Source of the DNA: Octopus vulgaris
Lineage: Eukaryota
Reading direction: 5' to 3'
DNA length: 64,000 nt
Assembly: GCA_951406725.2 (NCBI GenBank)
Contig: OX597830.1
Span: forward strand, 2,542,001 to 2,606,000
Below the pieces are notes generated by a model, which was given only the letters and a program-made list of their open reading frames with translations, searched no databases and had not been told where the DNA came from. Positions 1-13,103 of the stretch are shown piece by piece. How positions within the stretch are numbered: position 1 is the stretch's first letter; each line of letters begins with the position of its first letter. The position numbers were made by a program, and so were the translations under genes.

Positions 1-69
1 GGCAAGCAGCTGCAGGTCATGCTGGAGCACCACCATGTTTTTGGCATCGTTACTTATGATTATCCTTCC

Positions 70-500
70 ACTGATTTCTTTAGGCTGGGTGTGGTTTCAC
101 ATCACCCTCCCATATGTGCCTTTCTCCCATTTGGTGTATGAGGGAGTTTGGTTCCACTGGCCTTAACTGGACCTCATGCTGGGCTGTTGGTTCAACCAAT
201 ATTGTGGAGAGGAGAATGTCTAGTTCCTTTTTGAAGACATCTACTTCCACTTTACGTAGATTTCTTGAATTTTGTGGAAAGGCATTGAAGAGCTGTGGGC
301 CTTTCAACCCTAGGCTATTGCAGGATCTGGTCTTGAATTCAGATGGTGTCTAGTTCTGGCATTTGTATAACATTCAATACCACAATTTAGTACTAGCTCT
401 TCTGCAGTTTTCCATATGTAGATTATTGCATATCTCTCATGTTTTCACTCCAGGGAATAAAGTCATAGATTTTTCAGCTTCTCCCTCTAGCTCATCTGTA
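70..500 (-). mobile_element. Decayed 3' end of a CR1/L2-group LINE ORF2
   Basis: The minus strand reads roughly 'EKLKNL*LYSLE*KHERYAIIYIWK' and then 'GPQLFNAFPQNSRNL..VDVFKKELDILLSTI..EP' (ORF 80-307). This is the typical post-RT C-terminus of CR1-like LINEs, here with stops. Confidence 0.6.
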
Positions 501-555
501 ACATTGTTTTAACCTTTTCGTTGGACCACTTCATGCATGTATATGTATGTATGTG

Positions 556-615
<60 letters not shown>

Positions 616-840
616 GCAGTATTAGCAATAATTACACCACACCTGGAAATTAATTGTTGCTGATAAGAGTGGGAGATAACCCCCTATCTTTTAACCTCAT
701 AGCCAACAGGTGGCATAGCTGAAAGAAGACAACACTGCCTGAAGCTGATGACCTACACCAAAGGGTGATAATCACCATTTTTTATATCTTTATCGTTCAC
801 CCCCCTCCATATTTTAAAGAGGCCATAGGTCAAGATCTCT

Positions 841-900
841 TAGGATCTGAGGATACACCATAAATGTACCCTTTATGGTGAGAAACCCAGGGTATCCCTA
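841..900 (+). ncRNA. Minimal hammerhead ribozyme motif in a Penelope-type tail relic
   Basis: tagga-t-CTGAGGA, stem II CACCATAAA/TTTATGGTG, GAAA, near-palindromic stem III ACCCAGGGT, cleavage triplet GTA, then tcccta. Stem I is imperfect. It lies between two (TA)n tracts. Confidence 0.55.
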
Positions 901-987
901 TAAACCAGCCTTCACCAGTAATCAATATGTGTGTATAGATGTATACATATCTATCTACCAAGCTCCCTCTTTCTCTCTCTCTCTCTC

Positions 988-1029
<42 letters not shown>

Positions 1030-1233
1030 TAATCCAAAAGATATGAAGAAAAACTCAAGAAAACACAACAATGCAAGGACGTGGTACATGCAAAGTATTA
1101 AAAGATGCTCAGACAAGGAAAGAAAGTGTTTTTAATGTTTCAAGCAAACTTCTTCTATATGTATAACTTCTATATATACATATGTGTGTGTGTCATCTAT
1201 ATATATTACCATCATCCATCTTGTATATATATA

Positions 1234-1630
1234 CTAGCAGTATCTCCCGGCGTTGCTCGGGTTTGTAAGGGAAATAACTATATAAGCATTTTTAGAGAGT
1301 TATAGCCAAAAAATAGGGAAAAAATGCATTAAAAATGGAAAAAAAATTAAGGTAAATTTCTTTTTAAATCGTTGACACATCGTAGATATTTTTAGAGAGT
1401 TACTTCCCTTACATAATAGCAAAAAAAATGCATTAAAATGGAAAAATATGATGGTAAATTTTTTTAAATCGTAGACTCATCGTAGACGTGCGCTAATACC
1501 CAGAAGGGCTCGATATGAATCACGACTATAAGATACCCGGTTTTGGTTACACTGCACCGCAAAATGTGGGAGTAGTTAGGAATCTAAATCGTAGGAGACA
1601 GACACACAACTTCACTCTTATATATAAAGA
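1234..1630 (-). mobile_element. Non-autonomous Helitron
   Basis: The minus strand begins TCTTTATATATAA (1630) and ends with hairpin CCCGAGCAACGCCGGG followed by CTAG (1234). It is inserted between A and T with no TSD and carries an internal ~100-bp tandem duplication (~1288-1487). Confidence 0.7.
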
Positions 1631-3257
1631 TATAAGTCACGTAGTTATATACACATACTTTGTTATATACACATTCTTAAAAGAAAATGTTACTTTGAAT
1701 ACAACATTTATAAAGAATAAAATATTTTTTGGTTTTTCTTAACCCTTTCGTTACTATATTTCTGACCAAATGTGTTTCAATTAATTTCTAACGTAATCAT
1801 AAATTTAGTCTGGTTTCATTAAACAACTATAACTTTTTTATTTATCAATATATTAATCTGATTTTTGGAAGATAATTTAATGAAATATTCTCAACCAATT
1901 CTACACTATAATTTTTGTCACAAAGTGACTCTAATTGCAGGTAGATACAGGTAAATTCAACAATATATAAAATTATTAAAATTTTGTTCAAACATTGCTA
2001 TAGAAAATGGGTTATTAGCTAATATTCAATTGGGTATACAACAAAATTTTACGATAGAATTTGTTATTCTGGGTAACTTTCTGATACCCATAATAATATT
2101 TATGGCAAAATAGGCCTTAATTTAATTTAAGGTTGTGGGAAATAACAAACTATCCTTTCTTTCGCTTTGTTTACGTTTAGCGTAATGATTTCAAATAGGC
2201 TCATTCGAAAAAGTAAAAAGAAATAGTTTAAGGCTTTATACTCTTCTGGGAAAGTCTGTGGCTTGGTGCAGTTTCTTCAGAAAAATCACCGAAAGAAACA
2301 GTTTTTAAATTTTCACTCCATTCAGGTACCAATTCATTTTCTTAATCGCTGTCGGATTCACTGTTTTCACTTTAATAGCTGCCAACTTGCAAAGACAAAG
2401 GAGGAGAAGGGTGATAGCGTCAGTGAAACAGTCGCTCCCTTTGTGTGTGTGTGCATTTGCGTGTGGTGTATCCCACATTAAGAAAAACATTTGACATATA
2501 CACCAGAATGTGAGTTTTCTCTAAATTTTGCTTAATTGGGGTTGAAATTTTAAAAACCGGACCTGGCATGACCCGATGCTTTCTACTCTTAAAAATGCTA
2601 GGTAAATTGTAATTGAAGAAATCCTATATTGTAGATTTCTATAAGTTACAAAGGGAGGCAGATAAAATCTGCCTTTTATAATAAGATATATATATATATG
2701 AATAATGTGGGAAAATGAATTTCCAAATCGATCAGGTATACACCTTTTAGCCTTACATGCATTTTAATATAGAGGATATATACCGTGTATTCCACATCAG
2801 CATATCGTGCAGTGGGGTCAAGTAAGGACTAATTAAGGTAGCACGTTTTATACCCTGCTATTGTACTGGTTTATCCTCAAGTATTATTTCTTGATGTGCA
2901 TATAAATACCACGAGTTTCCCATCATAATTACTCTTTATGTTCTTTTTGCATTATCTGAAATGGAATACCCACAAACCTATTGATTGAAATCCCAATAAC
3001 TAAACTACATATATATATATATATATATTGAACAAGCTTCTTACAGCTCCTGTCTACCAAATCAACTCATAAGTGTTTGGTTGGTCGAGGGAAAAGACCA
3101 ATTCCTAAAAAGCCATGTTGTGTGACTGTCCCCAAACCCAAGAAGTTGGCAAGTGAACTTCCTATTCGAACTGCACAGTCGTGCCTGCACTTTCAGTAAT
3201 ATGTATACATACATCATGCATTTATATACATATATTTATATATACATACATGTAAAC

Positions 3258-3438
3258 ATCATTTAATGTATACTGCATTTAAAATAAGAACTGCTAATGG
3301 CTTCTTGTCCTAGAGACACTGAGATTAAACTGCATGGAGACACAAGGCATGTTATACAAATATCCCTAATCTCAGTGTCTCCATGGTATGAAACTATTTG
3401 CAGCTCTTATTTTAGACACTGTGCACATTAAATGACAT
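3258..3438. repeat. Imperfect ~70-bp inverted repeat (probable Penelope tail pair)
   Basis: catttaatgt...gagacactgagatta (~3258-3328) is complementary to taatctcagtgtctc...acattaaatg (~3367-3435). TA-rich microsatellites flank it. Confidence 0.6.
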
Positions 3439-3739
3439 CTATCACTCCCAGGATGGAATACTTAATTTTGTGGATCCTACCTGAACAGAACCATAAAGTA
3501 TATATGTAAATATATATATATAAATTTAATAAATACATATATATATATATACACACATACACACTTATAAATAGTTATGTATAGATGAAATATTTGCCAT
3601 TGGTTTAGCTTTGTGATGATGATGATGCTTAGAGAAACAGCTCTGTTGGGAACTTATCAACATTAAAGTGTGTATATATTTGTGAGGTGAAGCATATTTG
3701 AAAGTTTAATCGATGTTTGTGGTGGAATATTTTGGATAT

Positions 3740-3814
3740 ATATGTTTGTGTGTATATTTGGATGTGTGAGTGTGTATCTATGCTTGTGGGGTGTATGTGA
3801 GCATGTGTATGTGA

Positions 3815-3853
<39 letters not shown>

Positions 3854-4457
3854 ATGTGTGTGTATGTGAGTGTGTATGTGTATGTACCCAGACATCTGCT
3901 AGCATAGACAGTAAGTGTGCAGTGACTGGTACAGAACAAAAATGATGTAAAATATAAGTTATCTAAAAACTTTTCTATCACTTATCAGCAACAACAACAA
4001 CATGAACAACAGCATCTCTTCTCAAAAGGTATTCAACTCCAACTATATTGCGATCATTGATCGAAGCATCACTTTGATATTGTTCTTCAAGACTGGCGTT
4101 AAAAAAAGAAGAAAAAGGAATAAAAAACAAATAAAAATATCAAGATGGCGGCACATTGAGATTTTTATTTGAAGAGAAAAGTGAGGAGAATATTGTTATC
4201 TTGTGTCACTCCATCGCATTTTATCTGCTTTCTTTTCTCTGGGTAAAACTTTCTCTTTCAATATAGAAAAGTATTTTTCAAAAGTTCTTCAATAGGGGTT
4301 ATATTTGGTAACTTGATGTGGTGGTCATGTGGGATTGTTTTGGAGGGTAACTGGGGTTATTCTGTATTTGTGTGTGGGTGTGTGGGTGTATGTATATATA
4401 TGTGTGTGTATACATATATACATATACATATATATATACACACATATACACACATAA

Positions 4458-4503
<46 letters not shown>

Positions 4504-4550
4504 CGATGTTTGTATGTATATATACAGATATATACGTGTGTTTGTGTGTC
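3740..4550. repeat. Compound (GT)n, (CA)n and (TA)n microsatellites
   Basis: Visible dinucleotide tracts at ~3740-3885 and ~4370-4550. They produce the poly-HT/VC/YI pseudo-ORFs. Confidence 0.9.
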
Positions 4551-5289
4551 TGTGTTTTTATTGTCACTCCTATTATACCATAACTAGTTTCTTTAAAACT
4601 GAAGCAACAAAAGTTTGTTACAAATTTTCCTTTTGTTTCTGGAAATATTTTTTTTAGCTTGACCTCTTCAACACACTTTCTCTCTCTATTCTTTGTTCCA
4701 CTTCTCTTTCTTTCTCTCTTTCTTTCCTTCTACCTTTCTCTCTTCCACCATGTCTGGTCTTTTAAGTGCCACATCTTTCTGGCCAGAACTTTTGTTGAAT
4801 TCCAATTTACAAGGCAACCAACCAGCGTGGGAACTTTAAAATCTGGTGACCAGGAGTTTAACACTTTTAGCTGTTCAAATACCTTCAGCATTACTACTTC
4901 TGCAACTGTTGCTGCTGCTGCTGCTGCTGCTACTACTACCACTCTCCACCCACTAACTGCACTAATAGTGCCAATGCAATCCTCATCATCACCACCACTA
5001 CCACCACCCATACCATTATTGTCATAAACACACCATCTCAGCCTTGACTTCCACAAATGTCTCTATTAACAGCACTACCAACACCATTAGTACAAACACC
5101 ATACCACCACTGGCATTATCCAAACCACCAACTCTAGAACCACCACCACCATCATCCAATCATTTCCTCTCTCCACTACAAGAAGAAATGATAAACATTC
5201 CAAATTGTAAAATGTGTGAATGGTTGATCTTTAATCGTTTCGTATTTGAATTTCTCTGTCCATCGTGATGCTTATTTTTTCTCATTGTT

Positions 5290-5970
5290 TTCAAATCATT
5301 ATAAATTGGTCTCAAATTTTGGCACAAGGCCAGCAGGTTCAGGGATCGGCTAAGTCTATTACATCGACCCCAGTGCTCAACGGGCATTTATTTTTTCGAC
5401 CCTCTGTGGATAAAAGGCAAATCTGATCTCAGTGGAATTTGAGCTCAGAACATGAAGATGGAAGAAATATATCCAAGCACTATGCTGCCTGGCATGCTTA
5501 CGATTCGGTCAGTTATCTGATTTTACGGGTTTCATATTATTTTAATTTATTTATTGCCCACAGGGGGCTAAACATAGAAGGGGACAAACAAGGAGAGACA
5601 AAGGGATTAAGTTGATTACATCAACCCCAGTGCACAACTGGTACTTATTTAATTGACCCTGAAAGAATGAAAGGCAAAGTCGACCTCAGCAGAATTTGAA
5701 CTCAGAACGTAACAGCAGATGAAATACCACTAAGTATTTTGCTCAGCGTTCCAATGATTCTGCCAGCTTGCTGGGTTTCATATTATTGGTCTGAAATGTT
5801 GACACAAGGCCAGTAGTCCTGAGTAGAGGTAAGACAACTACATCGACCCCAGTACTTCACTGGTATTTATTTATCGACCCTGAGAGAAGGATGAATGCAA
5901 AATCGACTCCACTGGAATTTGAACTCAAAGCAAAATGACAAATGAAGTTCCACTCAGTACTTTTTCAGCT
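5290..5970 (-). mobile_element. Three adjacent copies of a tRNA-derived SINE family
   Basis: Repeated motif 'atcgaccccagt..ctggtacttattt..gaccc..aaggcaaagtcgacctc..gaatttgaactcagaa', giving B-box-like GAGTTCAAATTC on the minus strand. The same family recurs at ~9440, 12600 (+), 14880-15225, 31710, 32140, 33650 and 39380. Confidence 0.7.
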
Positions 5971-7449
5971 AGCTTCCCATTTTGAATCTATTCTGTATCA
6001 TCGAGATACTTTGATGATGTGGCCAGATTGAAAACTAGTCAGTTAAGGTGGCAACCAGTAGGTACAGAGTTCTAATCCTGTCAAAGGTATTATTATTTAT
6101 TTTGAGGGAAATGCAAATTATTTTCTTGAACATAGATTCATTCATAATGTCAACCATGGAGTTATATTTTTGTTGCACATATTGAAACGATATGGGGTAC
6201 CTTGCTATATTGGACAATTAAAAATATCATATATAGTACCTATCTCTTATCTTTTACTTGTTGCAGTCACTAGTCTGTGACCATGCTGGGGCACTGCTTT
6301 GAAGAATTTTAGTCTTACGAATCAACAGCAGTATTTTTTTTTTTAAAGCTTAGTACTTGAAATCAGAATGTAACGACAGATGAAATACCACCAGGCATTT
6401 CGTCTGGCATTGCTAACACTGCTGCCAGCTCCCTCTGCCTTTAAGTAAGATTTTAATTAAAAAAAGGTACCATCATTTTATTAAAATGTTGACACACTAG
6501 AAAACTTTAAAAATAAGAAACAGAAGTACCACTATAACTAAGGTTTTTAGCAAAGTAGAATAGTATATATGGTAGGCAAATTCATTATGTAAAAAATAGG
6601 CATTGGGTCAAGACTAAAAATATGAAGACTTGGCAATAACTTAGGCAATAACTCAAGCAAATTTTACTGTGAATTTGTTGTTATAGGTAGATTTTACTGT
6701 AATATATAACTAATTTTTGAAATTCTATTTATTGTACTAACAAATCATGTACTACTACTATTTTTTATAACCTCTTTTCAAATTTTTAATTATTAATTAA
6801 TAATTAAAAAAACTGAATTCTTTTAAAGTGCAAAAAATATGTTGAATTATTTTTAATTTTTAATAGAAATAACAAGTAATAACAAATAGAAGTAATAATT
6901 TGTAATAAAATTTTAAATTTTTAATAAAAGCTAATATTTTCTAAATCTAAATATTTTATCTGAAATTTTATCCTCAGCTGCAATATTTTAAGTAAAAATT
7001 TTCTTGTTTTGTACTTTACCAGATGTAATAAGTTGTCCTGCACTTTTCCAAGTCTAATAACTTGTCCTGTAATTTTCCAGGTTTATAATCTTAAGAATAT
7101 TATTTCTGTTACTTGCATTTTTTCATGTAATATTTTAAATTAGACATATGGAATTATTTAACATATTAAATAACAAATGGTTATCTTGTAGTGGTAATGA
7201 ATATAACAATAAAAATATAGCAGGATAAATTGATTTGAGAGAGAGGGATTCTTGTCTTAACATCACATATTACTTGTAAGGTGATTGTCTCTCTGAAGCA
7301 AGCAGAATCTTCGTTGACATTACGTCTGGCCATTGTGATGTTTGCTTTTAAAGGGCTTGAAGGAAATTATGAATTTACTTAGAAACTGGTGAAGGTTAAC
7401 AACAGGAAGAGCACCAGGATGATGGAAACAATGATGCCACCACTTCCTT

Positions 7450-7474
7450 GACAATGAAGATGATAATGATGACA

Positions 7475-7505
<31 letters not shown>

Positions 7506-7683
7506 CGATGATGATGATGATGACGATGATGACGACGACGATGATGATGATGATAACGATGATGATGATGATGATGATGATGACAATGACGATGATGATG
7601 ATGACAATGATGATGATGATGATGATGATGATGACGATGATGATGATGACGATGATGACGACGACGATGATGATGATGATAAC

Positions 7684-7742
<59 letters not shown>

Positions 7743-7780
7743 CGATGATGATGATGACAATGATGATGATGATGACGATG
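7450..7780. repeat. Long imperfect (GAT)n trinucleotide array
   Basis: About 330 bp of GAT with GAC/AAT/AAC variants. It explains the poly-S, poly-H and poly-M ORFs. Confidence 0.95.
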
Positions 7781-10700
7781 GACTGTCATAAAATTAGTAT
7801 GTTACTGACCCAGTGGTGGACTGCCTGGTCATCTCTGTTCCAGATTGTGTTAACAGCAATTGAGGTTGCTGTTAACACAACACACACACAGACCAAGTCA
7901 AATGTCAATTGCGCATCAGCAGAACGCATCACAGAACTACGAGTAACTGATGAAACTTGCCCTGACTATGCAACTGAAAAGATTCTCCAGATGTCCAACA
8001 ATCACACCAGAATTGCTTGTACAAAACTATCAGCGACACAGCAACAACACAGATTCCTTAAAAAAATTGAATTCAAATAGAAACTGCTAAATTTAATTAA
8101 TGTGAGTAGATACAACTGGTGATACAACAGATGATTCCTTTGCACCATTCAGTAGACAAGTGTCCAACCTGTTTTGTGTGCCAGGCTTTCATCATGTTCT
8201 CTGCACTGAGGATCTGGTTGGGTTGATGGTTGGAGTCAGCTGACTCCATGCCAGATGGTGATGGCAGATGAGGAGGCATCTCATGGCCATGGGAACAGAC
8301 TGGGACTCTGTTTGATGGGTCATCCAAGAGGACCCTGGAATAAACCAATAAATGGTGAATGCAGCAACATTATGCAATGGCACATGCCTCCACATCTGAC
8401 ACACTCAACAGAATGCAAAATAGATCTAAGCAGGATTTGAACTCATTTATTTCAAACATTATAACCCAGTGCTATATAGTATAATTTCATTTTGTCTAGC
8501 ACTCTACCAGTTCTGCCAGTCCCCTGTAGAATATTTAAGATACATAACGAAGAAGAAATATAGCACTTTACAAATTTGGTGAGCATCACATACAATATCT
8601 GATTCTTCTGTATTCTAGTTTCACAGACTCTTGTTAGTTTTTCCTCTTTCATCTCAACAGAAATTCAACAACTTGGCACTGATTATTGAGTAGCTAAGCC
8701 AACATTAAAATAGTTTTTACCCGGAGGCTCAACAGACCCACCTCTATACAATTGAATTCCTTGTTGTTATCTTGGCTTTTAAAAACTTTCTGCAGTTTTG
8801 AAAGCAAATAAACAATTGAATAGTTTGTCTGGGAAACGCAACAATTAAACACACACACACACACACACATTCTCTCTCTTCTTCCTCTTTCTCTTACTGT
8901 CTGTCTGTCAGTTTCTCTCTCTCTCTCTTCATCTCTCTAACTGTATCTCTATCACCACTTGCTTTGATAATGGCTGATGGAAGAACAAAGTATATCTTGG
9001 GAAGAAACCAGCATTGTGTTTGTAGCTCAACCAGGTCAACAATCAAACATTATTGTCAGAATTCACATTATTATCAGACTGATTGAAGCTTTTATAAATT
9101 TTATTGCAGATCAAATTGCATTGGAAGGGAGGAGAATTTAGACAAACGAGTGTTTTGTGCAAAGTGACTGCTACAGAGTATTGCCGGAATAACATACGAT
9201 CAAGACTGCAGCAGATATGGACTAATATATCCCAGCTATTCATGTCGGGTGTTAAACTATTGAAAGCATCGGTGTGTTTTGTTATGATTGGCTCAACATC
9301 ATGTTACTGAAGAGAGGCTTTTGTTTGCATCCCCACTGTTACTCTTTAGACAGATCATTTAAACAACATCAACAACAATGACGATGATGGTGGTGATGAT
9401 AATAATAATAATAATAATAAATTATTATTATTATCATTATGGTTTCAAATTTTGGCACAAGGCCAGCAATTTTGGGGAGGAGCCAACTTGATTGCATCGA
9501 CTCCAGTATTTAACTGGTACCTATTCTATTGCCCCCACCCCCCACCCAAAAATGTGAAAAGCAAATTTGATCTCAGAATAGAAAGAAAGGGAGAAGAAGG
9601 AAGGGGAGGGGGAGGAGGAGGAGCAGGAGAAGATAATCTGAACGAGGAACATGGAAACAAAAACAATCACTATACTAAAAGGTGCATTAGGTATGATTAA
9701 AAAAAAATACACAACCAGAACAGCAGGACTTATGCAAATGTATGTAACATAGAGAAAATGGCACCACAAGGTATCACACACACGTCCTACATAAAGCACC
9801 TTCAACAGTGAAAATAACTACACCAAAACAAATGGCAGCACATAGCGAAGGCAGACGGAGCTGTGCTTGGTAGGACAATGAAAGCATAGGATCAAAATAA
9901 GACAACTGAATAATATTTCCTTTAATTGCCAGAAGACCCTATATACACACTGCAAGCTTTGTCATACAGACAGAAACATCCATATATAATACAGAGTGGT
10001 GGGGAAAGAAAAGTACAATAAAATATATGTTGACAGGCTAAAAGTTCAGTTGACAAAACAAATTAGGGTAGACCACCCATAAAGGAAGGTAACATGTTGA
10101 TATCTCAGTGAGATCAGGCTACTTATCAACCCAGAGTATATTGCATTCTGATCGTCTTTTGTAAACTGATTTCTCAAAATCGGCATGTGGATATCTTCGA
10201 CCTTGGTTGATCTGCAACAATTCCCACAGCCATTTGGTAACTTAATTCTAGATATCACCCAAATATTGGTGTGATCTCCATTGATAAACTACTACTTGAG
10301 AGTTGGGTATCCCTTTGCCCGTTTCTCTCATGTTATTTCTTTCGGCTCATTTTGAAACTGCATCAGGTTCTCTTCTTGAAACTCAAGCATTTTAGAAAGA
10401 CAGTTGTCCTTCCATTAACCGACTTAGTTTCAGACTGGGCCACATTCTGCCATATTCTTCCTTCTTTTTGTACTGTACTTGGAACTGCAATAAGTGGTAC
10501 TCTAGAAACAATAACAGTAGCAGCAGTAATGGCTTTTACTCAGAAGTTCGCCATTTTTCCAGTTCTTTACAGCCACACATATAATAATTGACCGTTGCAT
10601 AGGAAGCTAGCTTCAAACAAGTGCATTAACCAATGTGTTGTTCAAAGTTTTTGTCCTCTTCTCAGCCAGTCACTGTTATCTGAAATAAATTCATCCAAAA

Positions 10701-10829
10701 GTGAACATGAAGCTGCTCACAATTGCAGATTGTTAATTAAGAACTCATCCTCAAGAAAAGGAGATTGTTATCATAAATTAAAAATGTATGTTGCATGGTA
10801 TCTGTTAAACTAGTGTAGAAAGGGGTACC

Positions 10830-11711
10830 CCAGAGTGACCAGAAACATTCTCTGGGGGCTAAACATGTTGTAGTTCTGACTTGCATCAATTGAAGCCACT
10901 TGATTCAACCCTCAGGCATCAGTTTGCTGACTGTCCTGGTTGGGTGTAGTCATACAGCCAGGTGGAGTGTCTTTGTTCTGTGGTGCTTCTCCCCTGTTTG
11001 TCAATTTTTGTGAGGGCTGAAATGAAGGGACAGCGTGCTTGCATGAAATTCTGTTTTCTGCTGAGGAAAACAGTTGTCATGCTTCAAACAGCTTACAAGC
11101 ATGCTGCCATGAGCAAAACACAAGTTTACAAGGCGTTTTCATGCTTTAGGAATGGTCATATGTCGCTTCAAGACCAGCCTCATCCAGGGCACCTGTCAAC
11201 CACCTGAATGAATGGAAACATCATGAAAATTCATGAAGTGATCCTGGTGGAACCGTCACTGAACAATTGATGAATTTATTGGCATGACTGGTGTATTCTG
11301 GAGCTTCAGCCAACGAATTTTGAGCTAGGAATTGCAAATGAAATGAATTGCATCAAAATTTGTGGCTCACTTGCTCACAGAAGATCAAAAGCATGGTTGA
11401 AGGCATGTTGTAAAGCAAAAGAACAGCTGGAAGTTGATCTGGATCATATTTCAAAGATCATCACTGGTGATGAGAGCTGGTGCTATGGAATTTGCAGATG
11501 TGGAAGAGGTGAAGAAGAAAACAGCTGAGCTGTTAAAAGTCATCACTTCACAAGAGTCCATGTACTGCATTGAATAGTGGAAAAGGTGCCGTGACTGATG
11601 CAGTGCTTCAAATGGAGAATATTTTGAAGGGGATAAAAAGTGTAACCACGTAAGACCAGGTGAATAAAATGATATTGCCAAATTCTGGTTTCTTTTTTGG
11701 TATCCTCTCGT
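10830..11711 (+). mobile_element. Decayed, internally deleted mariner
   Basis: Fragments 'QRACMKFCFLL.K', 'IITGDESWCY' and a C-terminal 'C..SNGEYFEG'. The right end ...tatcctctcgTA resembles a mariner TIR plus TA. Confidence 0.75.
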
Positions 11712-13103
11712 ATGTCTGTGTCTGAATACATACTGCCAGACACTTTGAGTCATCTTCTTAGCTCACTTTTGTGTGAAGACAATCATTTGTGTCTCACTGA
11801 TGAAGATCCTTGAGATAATTGTTCTGCCCTGAGTTATAAACATTCCCTTATTACTCTAACTACCAGAAATGATGTCAATCAGTGATTTTTACCTGTTTTA
11901 AGCTTACAATCACCAACACTATTGTTAAACATATAAACTGAGATATAAAATAAATGAAATTTCCAAAAATGTGACGTAAAATTTGGCAGGAGTTATAAAT
12001 AATTAGTGTGAAGAATCTTGTTTGAATCCTAAATGTCTGCAGCAGCATTTAATGACTTTTAAGAAGAACAAATGACAGAAGAAGAAAATGGTAACAAGGA
12101 CAACATTAGTTCATTAATTACGAGTTAAGAAACGCACATGCGCACGTGTGTGTCTGTGTGTTTACACACACACATATACGTGTATATGTGTGTGTAGGAT
12201 AACACAATTCAAAGACTATATAATGTTGCTTTCCATGGAGATTAGCTGTTCATAGCCGTGAAATAAACCATTAATCCAGCAATCTATTAATCCAGTGATC
12301 TTGTTTCTTATTCTTTGCTAATATTTGAGTGGTGGTGGTGGATGTTTATGTGTGTCTATATTTGTCTGCTAGATTTCTGCTATGCTTTATTACTTGTAAC
12401 TCTCTCTTCCAGCCCTCCCTCCCTTTATCTCTCTACCCCTCCCCTCTCTCTTTATTGTGTCCTTCTAAAGCCTGTTCTTTTCTTTCTCTTTCTCTTCCAT
12501 ATCTATGCCTGCATCTACAAGATGAATTTATCATTTCCAGTACTGTTACTCATGAGAAGTTTTTATTGTTACTTTCCTTATGGTTGTTGTTGATGTTGCT
12601 AAGATAGCATGCTGGCAAAATAATTGGCATGTCTGAGCAAAAGCTTAGTATCATTTCTTCCAGCTCTTTCCATTCTGAGTTCAAATCCCACCAATGTCAA
12701 CTTTGCCTTTCATCCTTTTACAGTCAATGAAATAAGGTAACAATTAACCCTGGAATTGGTGCAATCAACTGGCCAAATGAGAAAGAATTATTATTATTAT
12801 TATCAATAATATTAATATGCTAACTAGTTGTTTTTGTACGTACCTGTTGTGTGTGTCACACTTCAAAGAAGTGGCAAAGAAAGAGTGATGAGGACAGAGA
12901 GGAAGTAAGAGAGATGGAAAGAGAGTGAAAAATACAGTGAGTGGTGATGGCGTTCATTTTGTGTTTATAAATGTTTATCATATCGCAAGAGAAGTAGATA
13001 CATAGATACACATTGTTAAATAAAAAGTGGGAGAGAAGAGGGGGGAAAGTGAGAGCGACAGTAGATATTTAAATCCAAAGTATAGTTCATACATAAATAC
13101 ATA

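Noticed and set aside
7320-8080. Poly-Ser, poly-His and poly-Met ORFs
   Set aside because: These are translations of the (GAT)n microsatellite, with no splice or domain support.
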